Source of the DNA: Lama glama
Taxonomy: Eukaryota
Assembly: GCA_028534125.1 (NCBI GenBank)
Contig: CM052817.1
Location: forward strand, 35,466,001 to 35,530,000
DNA length: 64,000 nucleotides
Direction: 5' to 3'
How positions within the stretch are numbered: the first letter of the stretch is position 1; each line of letters opens with the position of its first letter. The position numbers and the translations under genes were made by a program. The notes under the pieces are model-generated. The model was not told where the DNA came from and searched no databases. It worked only from the letters and a program-made list of their open reading frames with translations. Positions 1 through 12,512 of the stretch are shown here, one piece after another.

Positions 1-735
1 GACTATAAGCCCTAGGGAGAGAGGATTATTTATGTAAATTTCCTCAGGGAGAAACCACACAGGAAGGAAATGGAAATACAGCAACAAAGACTAGACTATG
101 TCATGCCCGTAAGAATTACAGGAAACTTCCATCGTGATCCATCCAGATCTAATGGCTGGAATGAGTACCGTTCATTTCCTGCTCCGTGTACACTAAGAGA
201 TTAGAGCTCATCAATGCCTTACGATGTTTATGATTTTGTTTTGGTTTTTCCTTTAACATGTAAAGATAGAAACAGTTCATTCGGGAAAGATCTGACAAGA
301 TTTTCATGTTTGGTCACATTTTATCAAAACCATTGAAAGTAAATTACAAGAAATTACATGAGGATGGGTAAAAATTAACTTCTCTCCTTTCAAAAGAGCT
401 TCCATCACTACTCAAACAGGGCCGTAAGCTAACAAGAGCCTGAAGCAAATGCCAGAGTAACCTGACCTTGTGATGAACAATTCCTTGAACCCTCAGCATG
501 CACATTGAACTTCTTTTTGGTGAGCCAATATAAACACACCAGCTCTCCGTCTGGGCAGGATGGATACAGTGCTTCCCACAGGGAACCTGAGTCACAGGGG
601 GAGTGAGTAACTTGGCAGAGAGGCCAGAGGGAAGGCGTGGGGAGGCCTGGGTTCCAGAGTCAGCTCAGCACCAACTAATTTTAAGACACAGAGCAGCTCA
701 CTTTATTCTCTTGTACCTTCATATACTGTGTTAAT

Positions 736-840
736 AGGTGACTATATAGTTTATTGCTCAAGGCCAGGTATGTTTGAGAATGAAAGGGGACACTATTAAT
801 AATCCAATGGGACACCTGATATTCCGGCTTTTCCCGCTTG
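736..840. mobile_element. Degraded hAT-Blackjack-like DNA transposon fragment (MER81/MER94-like)
   Basis: taggtgactatatagtttattg...gggacac motifs typical of this family. Confidence 0.4.
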
Positions 841-1789
841 CTTTAGAATTCCATTACAGCTGAATTAGAGCTGAAAATAACCAGGGTTCCTGACCAGCAA
901 GACTTGTACTCTGCTCCCTGGGCTAGGCTGTCTTCTGTCAGGACCAGTCTACACTGGAGTTCTGTGGAAGAGTGTTCACCGTATCACCTAAAGATCAATG
1001 AAGGCACTTTCCCAGCCAAAGAAACAAGGACAGCCTGACCTGCATCTGCTTGGTCAGGTTCTTACACACCCCAAACCCTACCTGTGTTCAGAATTAACAA
1101 CACTGGAACTCCAAATCCACATCAAGGTCATTGAAGGGCAGGGGCCAGCAAGAGAGCAGATGCATGCACCCCCTGTGTCAGGACAGTGTCTTTTATTTGC
1201 AGCCTCAGACGTGTTCTCCGCTGGCCCAAGGCTGGTGTGTGGTTCAAGGGCTGCCTTGGGATCCTCAGGTGTTGGTTTTTAATGGGCAGGCTGGTACTTC
1301 ATAAATCACTCCAGGCCACAGGCCACCCTTCTGCCAATAATTTCATCATCGCATAGCCCTGTTCACCATTCCCATTCACCTGGCTTTTTTAAAGTGGGAG
1401 GAAGCCATCAACTTCTAAAAATTAATCTGGGTTAGGTCATGACATAGCCTTAAAAATGTCCAAGTGAACTAAGCCATTCCACACTGAGAGAATTTGGAAG
1501 CAAAGATGAGGGGGAAATGTTCAAAGAAAAGTCATCCAAAGAAGGCAGAAACTCTGTCACTGTAAAACAAACCTATTTCATGAGCTGTGCGAACCTATCA
1601 CTTATCAAAAAAATTTTATTCTCTTTTGTGGAACTCTCAGTGGCCAGAAGAAGAAACATTCAGCCTCCAAACAGCAGCATTTTCAGTGTTGGGTGCTGCC
1701 CTGATGCCAACAGCCTAATCCTTCCCCCCAGATCTTGGGAACTTGGGTCCCCTGTCTCCTGGTCCCCTGGGGCTCAGGACAGCACTCAC

Positions 1790-1871
1790 CCTCCCCTTCT
1801 GTCCTCGCTGCTGTTCTCACCAGTGAAGATTCTGTGCTGTTGGCTCCCTGCAGCCTGCAGACGCTGCATCC
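1790..1871 (-). other. Candidate internal exon (82 nt)
   Basis: Minus strand reads ctccctctag|GGATGCAG...GGGGAGG|gtgagt and lies downstream of the 5.36-kb promoter. It has an ATG with an open frame (MQRLQAAGSQQHRIFTGENSSEDRRG) that I do not recognise. Confidence 0.3.
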
Positions 1872-3289
1872 CTAGAGGGAGGCTGAGTTCACCCCTGACC
1901 ACACCCCTCTGCAGAGGCTGGACCAACCAAGTGCAGCTGCCACTTGCCAACATGAGCTGCAGTGATCTCAGCTTTCCAAATGGAAGATAGGGCTGTGAGG
2001 ATCTTGGGAACTTAGGGGCCTCTTGCCCCGGACTGCAGGACTGGGTCCCCAGGAAGGAGACCCTTTGTCACCAAGGCTGTGACAGTACCAGCCTTCTGTT
2101 CTGGTGAAGGAAGCAGGTAATATTTATAAGGCCCTGTGAGCAGAATGTATGGACTTTTTATCTCTACTGTAATGACCTTAAGGTGACTCTCCATTTTTCA
2201 GAAAGATAAATGAAATGCAGCCATCTCTAATGAAGACAAATACATTTAACAAAAAGTAGACTGATTCAATAAAAGACATCTCTCAGGGCCCACAGTCTGT
2301 GGGGAGCTTCCTATGGGATGTGACTTGGAGGCTTCTACTGAAAACTCCCAATCTTGGTATATTTTCCCCCAGCAAGTTGCTTGAAATTCTGATCGTAGGG
2401 AATATACATTTTGCTAAAAGCTTTGATTCCCCTGATTACCTCAAGTGGTAATTACATTTATATAACATTTTAAAGAATTCCCAGAGATGTGATCTTGTTG
2501 GATCCTATTTAATATACCAGGGAGGGACATAACTCATTAAACAATTATTGCCTGTTAACATGGTAACTTTAATTAGTGTTCCAGAGCTGGGTAAGCAAAG
2601 CCCTAAGGGGATGGGACCCTGGAAATCGTTGGACTTGGACGAGAGATGGGAAACCACCTGAAACGTGGCCAGCTGGCCCAGGCAGCACAGGTGAGGTGCG
2701 GCAGCCCCGTGGCCAGCCCTACACCCACCCCTGCACGGGCACAGGTGTCACGGTGAGGGACAGACAGGAGGAGCAGAAGCCACAAAGACAAACTTCACTC
2801 CACTCACACTGCTGCCCGGGGCTGACCTGGAAATCACAATGAAGAGACCTTGTGGTGCCAAGCAGACTCATCCCAATGCAGAGAACTCGGGGTAGCTCCT
2901 GAAAGCACGACTTGGCTGTCCCCCAAGAGCAGAGCGCCTGCGTCGGCTGCGACTCTTTTCAATAATTATAATCCTCTGGCTTAGGCCAGATATTATGTGG
3001 GGAACAAAAGGAAGCTATAGTTTTGAAACATCCCTTCTCACACGTTAGCACAATCCTTAAATAATGCACCTTTGAGGCTCTGACTAATTCCTCCTGCTTG
3101 CTGCCCGGAGCATGTCTGGGTTCCAAGAATTTGCTTGAAATGTGCCAGATACCCTATCCCAGCTGGAGTTGGAAGTGTGGTGTTGAGGACCCAGAAGCAA
3201 TGGTCTTGGAGGTCCCTTGTCCCCTGACGTCCTGTTGCTGTCCTCCCTGGGCGCTGGAACACAGTGCTTGGGGGTCATGTGGTCAAGGG

Positions 3290-3540
3290 CAGACCCTGCC
3301 CTCTCTCTGAGCCTCCTTATCCTCAGGTGTCAAGTGAGGGGTTTGGGTTTCACTGGTTCTTATCCCTGGCTGCGGCACCTTAGAATTACCTGAGGAGCTT
3401 TAAAAAACAGCACAGGGCCACCCACCCAGGGATTCTGATTTAATCGGTTGAGGTGAGGCTCAGCCTAGGGTATTTTCAAGAACAGTTCTCCAGGTGTGCA
3501 ACCACTGACTTAGATGATCTCTGGGACCCTCCCAATTCTA
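3290..3540. mobile_element. MIR fragment interrupted by a MER5A-like hAT-Charlie element (about 3351-3507)
   Basis: ctctctgagcctcc...gtcaagtgagggg (MIR); cactggttct...gattctgatttaatcgg...aaccactg (MER5A-like). Confidence 0.6.
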
Positions 3541-3654
3541 TGGAAGTCCACAGTCCTGAGGGGCTGGTCTTCCACTTTATTTATTGAATTTTTTTTTCCA
3601 AAAGTACTCAATTTTCATTTTCAGTATGTTGCATCGGCTGATTCTTAGAAATGC

Positions 3655-3940
3655 TTTTTATTATAAACAAGATTGTTACAGTCTTGCTTGTTGGGGTCTA
3701 ATTGGCATCCAATACTGCACGTGTTTAAAGTGTATAATCTGATAAATTGTCACACATGAGAAATGGTTACCCAGTCACGAACATACCCATCACTCTCAAA
3801 CCCTCCTAATCCCCCCACCCCCTTCTCCTGCCCTCTTTCCCAGGTAACCAGTGACTGCTTTCTGTCACTGTAGATTCGTTTGCATGTCCTATCATTTCAT
3901 ACCATATGGTGTGTACTGTTTCTTGCCTGACTTCTCATTA
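3655..3940 (-). mobile_element. Old L1 (L1MB/L1MC-like) 3' end
   Basis: taaagtgtataatctgataaatt...caggtaaccagtgactgctttctgtcactgtagattcgtttgc. Confidence 0.65.
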
Positions 3941-5323
3941 TTTATGTCCTTGTCCTTCAGATTTCAAACTCTTTAAGAACAGGAGCTACCTTTTACTTCT
4001 ATTCTCTTCTTCCCGGCCCACAACTTATCTTTGATCAGAGAAGCCCCTTCAACCTGCTTGGTGGAAATCAAACCTTCATGACCCTACAACTGAGCTCCAG
4101 TTTGGTGGCCAAGAAGTGCCTGCCATATTAATGGTTTCGACCACCCCCAACCCTGCCACTTCTCTGTAGGTTCCTAGTCAGCAGGTTCAGCTCAGTTGAA
4201 AAATAATGCATTTGTTTAAACCAGGAGTCTTCATTTAGAGTCATGGATTTCTAGGGGTCCAGAAAATGACCATCAAGATATGTGTTGGGGGCCAGGGGTC
4301 GGGGGACCACCTGGGAAAAGCTCTTGGCTTTCCCCAGATTCTTAATTGCCAGATTCTTGACCCAAAGGGAGGAACTATGGAATCAATGCCATGCTTTATT
4401 CCTTATAATATTCCTACATGCATTTTATAAATATGATATCTAATTATAATCCTCTACTATCTGCTTCCCCAGCTCCTCCCTTCCCCAGTCCCAGGTCCCT
4501 TTGTTTTGGGCTCGGGTTATATTAAACCCTATTTACCCAAACCCACTCCAGGGCCCTGTCTGTGACTGTGCTCCCTTGTGGGTTCTTTCTGCATTCCTCT
4601 TCTCTTTAAGACTTTCTCACCTAAGCTATGTGGTATGTTGTGCCTTTTAATTTAACGATTCTGATTCCACTTTACTTAACAGTTTACCTGGATACCTGGT
4701 GCTCACATATCACAAACTTACATTTCCTCAAAACCCCAGAGCACGAGATTCCTTTTCATCTTAAACGAGATCAATGTTTTCATTGTTCTAACTGATAAGC
4801 ATTATGAAATAACAGAAAATAGCACTGCAAAGTCAGCATGGAAACACCGCTACTCAATCCACAGACACCCCCCCTTTTGGGAGGTTTGACTCCCGTTGGA
4901 TCAAAAAATATTTTAAAGTGATATTATGTCTGACTTTCAAGTAAGATGTAGACTAACAATTATCACCTTCTAAGTGACAGAATTCACATGCATCTGGCAC
5001 AGTCATACAAGTGCTGATTTCGCTGTGTCTTTCCGAGATAGAAGTGAGCAAGAAAAACATCTCATCTGCCCACCAAAAGACCAACCCAACTGCCCCCTGC
5101 TCCAAATGCACCTTGACCCCTTGCACATCTGCAAGCATTTGGTGTCTTATACCCCACAGCATTCTCAGGCTCCCTGCTTGGGGCCAGCTCTTAACTTTCA
5201 TTCTCCTGTTCATGTCTACCTCTTCCCATCAGGCTAGCAAACATGGTAACTAGAGCATTTCAGCCCAGTTTCCACACAAGTTCATTCCTCTGCACGAAAA
5301 GCAAACCTCTGAAAGTTACTTAC

Positions 5324-5432
5324 GTGAAAGCGGCAAAGGCAAGCCTTGGATTTGGAAGCTGAGTCGGGTGTTGCCAGCCTGCTTAAATAGCTGGGTTGGC
5401 TGACGCAGGCGGTGGAGAGCACGTTTATTTAC
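5324..5432 (-). promoter_or_regulatory. Candidate core promoter and short non-coding first exon (about 5360 to 5324) of an unidentified gene running toward the left edge
   Basis: On the minus strand: forkhead-like GTAAATA (5426-5432), ACGTG core (about 5420-5424), CRE-like TGCGTCA (5401-5407), TATA-like TATTTAA (5389-5383), initiator-like TCAGCTT with A at 5360 (29 nt after the TATA start) and consensus donor CAC|GTAAGT (5323-5318). Locally CpG-retaining, non-repetitive sequence. Confidence 0.6.
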
Positions 5433-6764
5433 GCCTGTGAGTGCATACTCAAGCAGGGACCTGAAAAACCTGCAGCGTGGGCAGGAGAACACCTAAGAGT
5501 TCCATCTCTCCCGGTTATTCAGGTTTGGTGTTCAGGCAGTGACTTCTGAGAGTCTCGTGGAACTTTCTTGGCACTACTTTCTTGTCCCTGATCTCTTTTT
5601 GAGCCAAGGAAGACTCTTCACCAAGATCGGATAAGAGGGGTGCGGCTGAGAGAAGAAGGAAGAAGCGCAGGACCCTGGACCCCTGTGCTGAGCTCCTTAT
5701 TTTGCATAAGCTTCCAGTTAGATGCCACTGTGTTTCAAAGCAGAGACTTGCTGAGGTTGATTTTGCAGCTCTGTGGGCTGGATGCCAAACTAAGAGCCTG
5801 GACAACCGCCCAATCAATGAAAACTTGTGGGGTTTTTTGTTCCCCCACCCAGGCACAGAATGTACAAATACAGTTATAAGGGAGGATGAGGCTAGGATGA
5901 TACAATTTTAGGTCCCCTTGAAAAGCTATTTTAATTTCTTTCCCTCTGCATCTGGACTTTCCTCTTGATGGCCCCTCCCCTTCCTTTGTTAATGAAATTC
6001 CTATCTGAGGGTTACAGGCTTCCCCATGGGAGAGCTCAAATAAAAAGCTAGCGTGTGAGCAAGGCTGTGGGAAGATGCACCCGAGTGCGAGTTTGTGTGA
6101 TCATCAGAGGAAATGTTCTTAAGGGTGAGGGTATGTGTGTGGGTGTGGGGACCCGGGCAGTTGATGTTTATCTGGATTTCACAGCTAGATACAGCCGTTA
6201 ATAGTCAATTGCAGAACACTAAACGCATTAAGTGGGTATGATTTCGAGAGGATGAAGGAATGGAGACGGGGCTTGGTGCGATCATTTACCGGAGTATCTG
6301 TGCGTGTTTGCTGATACGTGGCACACACTGGTAAATGCCACCCAGATAGACATGTCCTATATTTTTCACTCCACTGGAGAAAGAAAAGGCCCATTTGATT
6401 CTCTTGGGAACAGTGGCTGTATGTGGAAGAAGAGCAGCAATCATTCAGAATATCTCTTTCCCTCTTGGAAAAGGGGAGAATGGTTATAAAATGTGTGGGA
6501 GAAAAGTAGAGACAGGGGGCCTAGCTGTCCCCAACCCTGGTTACCAGAGGAATTCTTTTGTTTCTGCCTAATTCATTGCCTAACTCTTGACGGTTCTATG
6601 GCTGAATCTGGATTCTTGCCTCCCAGATTACCCGAATGCAGGGTGTGTGTGTTGTTCATCTTTTGACACCCACAGTGTCTGGTACAAATTATTATGACAA
6701 TGACAGTGGGGATGACGATGACGATGATGATGTTGATTCATCATCTAGAATCTAGAGAAACTGA

Positions 6765-6960
6765 CTATGTGCCAGGATCTCTGTAAAATACTTTCCAGAG
6801 AATTTATTTAATCCTCACAACTCTATGCATTAGTTTTTTATTATCATCATTTTATAGATGGGGAAACGGATAAGTCAGAAAGACAAAACGACCTCCCCAA
6901 CGTCACAGCAAGAGATAGAGGTAGACTTTGAGTTCACATCTATCTGGTTCCAGAGTCTGG
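6765..6960 (-). mobile_element. MIR SINE
   Basis: tatgtgccagg...tttaatcctcacaac...cattttatagatggggaaac...gtcacagc. Confidence 0.75.
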
Positions 6961-6978
6961 ATTTATACTGAGGACCAA

Positions 6979-7112
6979 CTTTTTTTTGTGGGGGGTAGGG
7001 AGGGAGTAATTCGGTTTATTTATTTACATATTTTAATGGAGGTACTGGGAATTGAACCCAGGACCTCATGCATGCTAAGTATGACTCTACCACTGAGCTG
7101 TACCCTCCCCCC
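6979..7112 (-). mobile_element. tRNA-Ala-derived camelid SINE (Vic-1-like)
   Basis: Reverse complement of ggggagggtacagctcagtggtagag...cctgggttcaattcccagtacctcc with an AT-rich tail. Confidence 0.9.
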
Positions 7113-7199
7113 TTCTCAGGACTGATTTGAAACAATATTTTAAAAGTTGCCTAAGAATATTTTCACCTGTTCTTATTTCTTTGTGCAGTTATCATCCGT

Positions 7200-7320
7200 C
7201 TTCCAGAATGTGATTTCCGTGACCTTAATGACCTTGCCTACTTATCCACTCTTGTAACCCCAGCACCCAGCACAGTGTAGGGCACATAGTAGGTGCTTGG
7301 TCAATAAATATGTGCTGTTT
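7200..7320 (+). mobile_element. L2 3' end
   Basis: cccagcacccagcacagtgtagggcacatagtaggtgcttggtcaataaata. Confidence 0.7.
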
Positions 7321-7572
7321 GCTCAGTTTCTAAATTCCTTTGAAGGCTGTGAGTCTGACATCAGCAGTCTCATCTGGCCACAGACACATTTCTTCTGCCC
7401 TTGAATAATACATTGACGCCAAGCTATTTCTCTTTATCCATTGTATCATGGAGATGAAATGAAACGTGGCTGAAACCATAGAGCAGTTTTACATCAATTA
7501 AGAACTCTACAGGTGTGTGGTTTCATATTGTCCAGTGGTGCAATGAGGTCACCAAGAGCCTAGACTTTTTCT

Positions 7573-8114
7573 TTTTCTTTTCTGTTTCTTTTTCTCCTAT
7601 TGAAATATAGTTGATTTACAATGTTGTGTCAGTTTCTGGTGTACAGCATAGTGATTCAGTTATACATATATATATATTCCTTTTCATATTCTTTTTCATT
7701 ATAGGTTATTACAAGATATTGATTATGGTTTCCTGTGCTATACAGTAGGACCTTTATCTATTTCGTATGTAGTAGTTTGTATCTACAAATCCCAAACTCC
7801 CAGTTTATCCCTCTCCATGCCCTTTCTCCCCTGGTAACCATAAGTTTGTTTTCTATGTCTGTGAATGTTTCTGTTTTGTAAACAAGTTCATTTGTGTCAT
7901 TTCTTTATATTCCATATATAAGTGATGTCATATATTTGTCTTTCTCTGTCTGACTTACTACATATAGTATAATAATCTCCAGGTCCATCTCTGTTGTTGC
8001 AAATGGCATTATTTTATTCTTTTTTATGGCTGAGTACTATTCCATTGTGTATATATATGACAACTTCTTTATCCGATCATCTGTGAATGGACATTTAGGT
8101 TGTTTTCACATCTT
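7573..8114 (-). mobile_element. 5'-truncated artiodactyl/camelid L1 3' end inserted in an MLT1-type LTR
   Basis: Poly-T followed by attgaaatatagttgatttacaatgttgtg...; imperfect TSD gagcctagactttttct (7556-7572) / gagcccaggctttttct (8115-8131). Confidence 0.9.
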
Positions 8115-8131
8115 GAGCCCAGGCTTTTTCT

Positions 8132-8520
8132 ATCTTTCATTTTGTAGCCCTCAGAGTGATAGTGTTGCTTCCCCTCATGGTGGCAAGATTGCTATAGTAG
8201 CTTGTTAACTCTGATACTTAAACTAAAACATTCAAAGACAGTAGGAAGGGACTTGGGCTTTCTTTTTAGTATCTCCCTTTGTTAGAGAGGAACTTCCATA
8301 CAGAAGCCATTAGCAGACTTCCAGTTATGTCTCCTTGCTGAGAAGTGGATCAGATGACCACCACATTCCCTTGTCTGCAAAGAGGAAATGAATCACACTG
8401 ACCATGGTTCATCTCAAGGGCCCAAGGGAAGGACCTATGTTCCCTAGAAAAATTTCCCTGATGTCTAAACAAAATCAGAGTTCAGTTACTAGTGAGATAG
8501 TAGAAAAGTGCTACCAACAG
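8132..8520. mobile_element. MLT1-type (ERVL-MaLR) LTR remnant
   Basis: cctcatggtggcaagattgct...cagacttcc...atgtctccttgctgagaa...gaccac. Confidence 0.55.
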
Positions 8521-9319
8521 TTCTGTCAATCCAAGAAGTCCTTAGTATGATGATCTAAAGTGCTTTAGTGCTTGGGCACATGTCCAGTACATGAAAATTG
8601 GATTTTACAATATCAGTTCTCAATTTCTGTTTGCTTTTTTTTTTTTAATGAGAAAATCTTGCTTTGGCTCTCAGGAAAATTAAAACTCTTTCAACAACCC
8701 ACAAATAAGGGAAGTAGCTGGCCACAGTGATTTTTTTTCTATAAGTTTAGATCCTAGGTCTTTATATCACCACTGATTTACTACACTTCCAAGGAATAGC
8801 ACACAATCAATCAGGCTCTCATCTTCTCCTATGTCACTTGGATTGATGATGCTGTTGATTTCTTAGAAACATTAAGTCCAGTACTGCTACTAATTATAAA
8901 AAGGATTGCAGGGCAGGCTGTAGGGGTTTAAAGCTCATTTTCCTGCTTCTCTTTCCTGTTATTCAGTGGATTCCGTAATCTCCCACGTTTGCATCTGTCT
9001 CTGCTTGAAATTTCCAGCTACTGCCTGGGATGGGTGACCTAGAACTAATAGTGGATACAGTAATTCTCACACAGTTCTTTTTCTCCTGGTGGTTAACAGA
9101 CTTCAAATTAACACCTGTAGGTAGGTAATTATTTCCCTTATCTTCGCTGTTCTAGACCTTGTGATGGGCTTCAGGAATTCTCTTCTCTATTGTCACAGAT
9201 CAAGAGAAGTAGGATAAAGGATGAAGTGAGCTAAATGTGACACTCCACAAGGAAAGACAAGGTCTGGAGGTTGGTAATTGGTCAATAAATTTTTGCTAGG
9301 TGACTGGAAGAATGGTGGA

Positions 9320-9550
9320 AAGGAAAGAGTATAGACTTATGAATCCTGCAGACTTGGATTCTGCCACTTACCATCCATGTGATCCAGGGAAAGTTATGTA
9401 ACTTCCCTCAGACTCAGTTTTCTCATCTGTAAAATGGGACTAATGATGCTTATCTAAGAGGTTTGCTTTTAAGGACTAGAGATATTACAGGTAAAGTGCT
9501 GAGCATAATGCCTAGAACATAGTGTATGATCAATAAATGGTCGCTACTGC
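9320..9550 (+). mobile_element. MIR SINE
   Basis: ctgccacttacc...ctcagttttctcatctgtaaaatggg...gtaaagtgct...caataaatgg. Confidence 0.8.
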
Positions 9551-11520
9551 TAATACTTAAAACAGGATGCTGGACTTTCCTCAGTCTTCCTTGTGGAGCC
9601 CACACATGGTGGGCACAAAGTATTTAAACCTAAGACCCCCAAGTGCTACAGCAAACAGAGGTGTATAGTAGAGCCACATCGAAGGCAGTGATATATTGAC
9701 AGTGAGGGTACCTGCTCTCTTCCTGCCCAAAGCTAGAGCTCACCAAAGAGCGGAGAGCTGCCTTATGATTGGGGAGCATATGGAAAGGAGCAATAATAGT
9801 GCAGAGGGAGAAAAGCCATGCCTTGGGGACAGAAAACTACCAAAGGCATAGAAGAAAATCCACTGTGAAGGCTATAAACCTCCCAAGGGCCAAATCTCAC
9901 TTGTACAGAAGCAAATGGGGAAAAGGGGTCACCAGAAGATCGAGGGATACTTCCTGAAAGTGCTGCCCGCAAAGTATGAACTTGCAGACAGAGAGACCGA
10001 GAAGTCTCTGCAGACGGTCTGAAAGTTCTGACTCCCAGAGTGCCCTTCCCGGCCCAGCCTGACGGGGCCACGGAACAGTGTGGGGAGCAGAAGAGGACCA
10101 GCAGGCAGCAGAGAACCTGGACACAGAAGAGGATGCCAGCTGGCCTGGGTTGGAGGCGCTTCCCTTGGCTGCTCCTGGCAGAGAGTTTCACAAGCTCCCT
10201 GGTGAAGACGGACTGGAGGTCATGACACAGTCACACTGTGTTCTTCATAGTTCATTGTATACCTAGTCATGGTTAGGTCATCCTCTCGGTGAACTGTGGG
10301 CATTTCGGTGTAAGTGTGGATTCCATCATCTCACCTGGCCCATCTGTGGTCCTTCTGGAGTCCTGAGTCACTTGATGACTGGGGGTTAAGATGCTGCAGC
10401 CTACAAGCAGTGCCTGTTCACAAGGGGCCTGGGTAAGCCTGTTGCATCTAGGGTGGCCCAAGCTGCCTTTTCTTCTCATTCTGTTTAGTTTCATCCAGAG
10501 TCTAATGAAACGGGAGGGCATGAGCATTCCTTCGAAATCCCATTCACGCTAATGGTCTGAGGAGGAGAAGGCCCCTGATCACAGGGACCATCACCCTGGC
10601 TGTGGGAGGAAGGTGGAGGGGGGCATCTTTCTTCACCCACAAATGCCTTGCTCCACCTTGACTCCCTCAGCTCTAGGACTTACCGCTGCTGGCGGGAGCT
10701 GCAAGAGAAGCGGCATGGTGACATTCTCAAGAGGGGTGGGGGTGGAGCCTCACCTGAGACGCTGCCCCTTCCATGAATAATGGGAAGATGGTGCAGGTCG
10801 GGGCCACCTCAGCTTGGCTATAATCCCCTAACACACCAGGTGAGAAAAGGGAGGTCCCACACCCACTGTTGAAATTTCAGGGATGGGCCCTGTGCTTTTA
10901 GAAAGCAAGGGGTGGGGAGCTGGAGTAAAGAAAAACAAAATCCTTTGGTAAAACTTATTGACTGAGCGTCCAACCCAGGCCTGGTCCTCGCTCCTGACCA
11001 CTGCGTGTGGCGCTCCTGACCTGACGGCCGCCCCTGACCGTGACTCACGGAGCCCCTGGCAGTAGAGGAAGAGCAGGCCCCATCTCCTCCTCCCCAGGGT
11101 CCACCCAAATCTGTGCACCATCTAGTTAAGACGTTGTGAATGATTTCACTTGGAAACAGTCAGAGAGCAGAAAGGGGGACTGAACTGACAAAGATACAAA
11201 GTTTGATGACAAAACAAGACAAGTTTGGCATGTTTGACACAGTGGAGAATGAAAGAGTTGAAAATAATTTGGGCTAAAATTCTGGATCAGCTGAAGGGAG
11301 AGAACAGTTTTGATTAGAAGCTGCAGACCTTTTTCTTCCTGCCTCCTTGTCTCCACCCTGGAGTCACCCAAGGGGACTTTGCAAGCTCTCATCTCCTCTC
11401 CAGCCTCAGCCCCTGTCTGGGTGAGGAGGGAATCAAACGAGATGATCTCTCTGAAGCCCTTTTGTTTTAATCTTCTGTCCTCCAAGGGGACAGAGTCAGA
11501 GGCGGGTGGATGGAGAGGAG

Positions 11521-12020
11521 TGTTGACTGAAATAAATGCACAACGTAAAAGTTGAGTTATGTTTTATTTGGTGGACAATTCTGAGGACTTAAGCCCGGGA
11601 AGACAGCCTGTCAGATCGCTCTGAGGAACTGCTCGGAAGAGGTAGGGGAGGAACCTGGATATATAGGAGTTTTTACAGCAAAGACCAGGTAGTCAGAACA
11701 TCAAAAGATTACTGTTAATTAAAGAAAACCAGATATCTCAAGTTAAGGAATTAAGCACTTTTCTATGTATGTGAAGGTGCAAAGGTCTGGGCTCCTTGAA
11801 ACCATTCCTTTGATGTGCACCTTAACTACCTGGGGCCAGACTCCCGTGCTTCCCATCCTGAGTCCCCTCCAGGTACACTTCTGGGGGTGGCTGCAGAGGC
11901 CAGGCTACCTGCTCTCTGCACCCTGAGTTTCTTCTGCTCGCTGGCAGGGTAGCAGCTGAGGACTCGATGGCCACAGCATTCTTTGTTTACTGATATGGCT
12001 GGCAATATGTTTTGTTCACA
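11521..12020 (-). mobile_element. Intact solo ERV1 LTR, MER41-like (artiodactyl)
   Basis: TG...CA termini, 500 bp, perfect 4-bp TSD GGAG (11517-11520 / 12021-12024), AATAAA on the minus strand near the left end; sequence resembles ungulate MER41-type LTRs. Confidence 0.85.
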
Positions 12021-12239
12021 GGAGCTATAGTGGGAGGATGGCTCCCCCCACTTAGGGCTGAGAGAAAAACCCAATGCCCAGGTACAACTTCGCCACCTGT
12101 TATAACATTGAAACCCCCACCCCACTCCTTTATCACTGGTAAGTAGCCACCCCCTGAGGCTCTCCCTCAACAACCCAGGCCTCCCCAGGCCTCCCTAGAC
12201 CTCCTAGGAGCCAACAACTAGAGGGTAACACCCAGCACA

Positions 12240-12276
12240 GTGTGTGTGTGTGTGTGTGTGTATGTGTGTGTGTGTG
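12240..12276. repeat. (TG)n microsatellite
   Basis: Direct reading; one interruption. Confidence 0.95.
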
Positions 12277-12372
12277 GTGGGAGGACCAACCAGGACTCTG
12301 CTCCAGTGACAACACTTCCACCACAAGTGTAGTCCATGCCTGGCTTCCCCCTGCAGTCCAGGGAGACATCTT

Positions 12373-12512
12373 TTAACAAATTTTAAAAATATCTTTTATT
12401 TAGTGGGGAGGTAATCAGGTTTATCTGTTTATTTTAGAGGAGGTGCTGGGGATTGAACCCAGGACCTTGTGCATGCTGAGCACGTGCTCTAGCACTTGAG
12501 CTATACCCTCCC
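12373..12512 (-). mobile_element. Vic-1-like tRNA-Ala SINE
   Basis: A/B boxes on the minus strand; perfect 13-bp TSD agggagacatctt (12360-12372 / 12519-12531). Confidence 0.92.

Noticed and set aside
2140..2290. AATAAA at about 2268 as the 3' end of a plus-strand gene
   Set aside because: No upstream coding exon or GU-rich downstream element is evident, and the hexamer is common.
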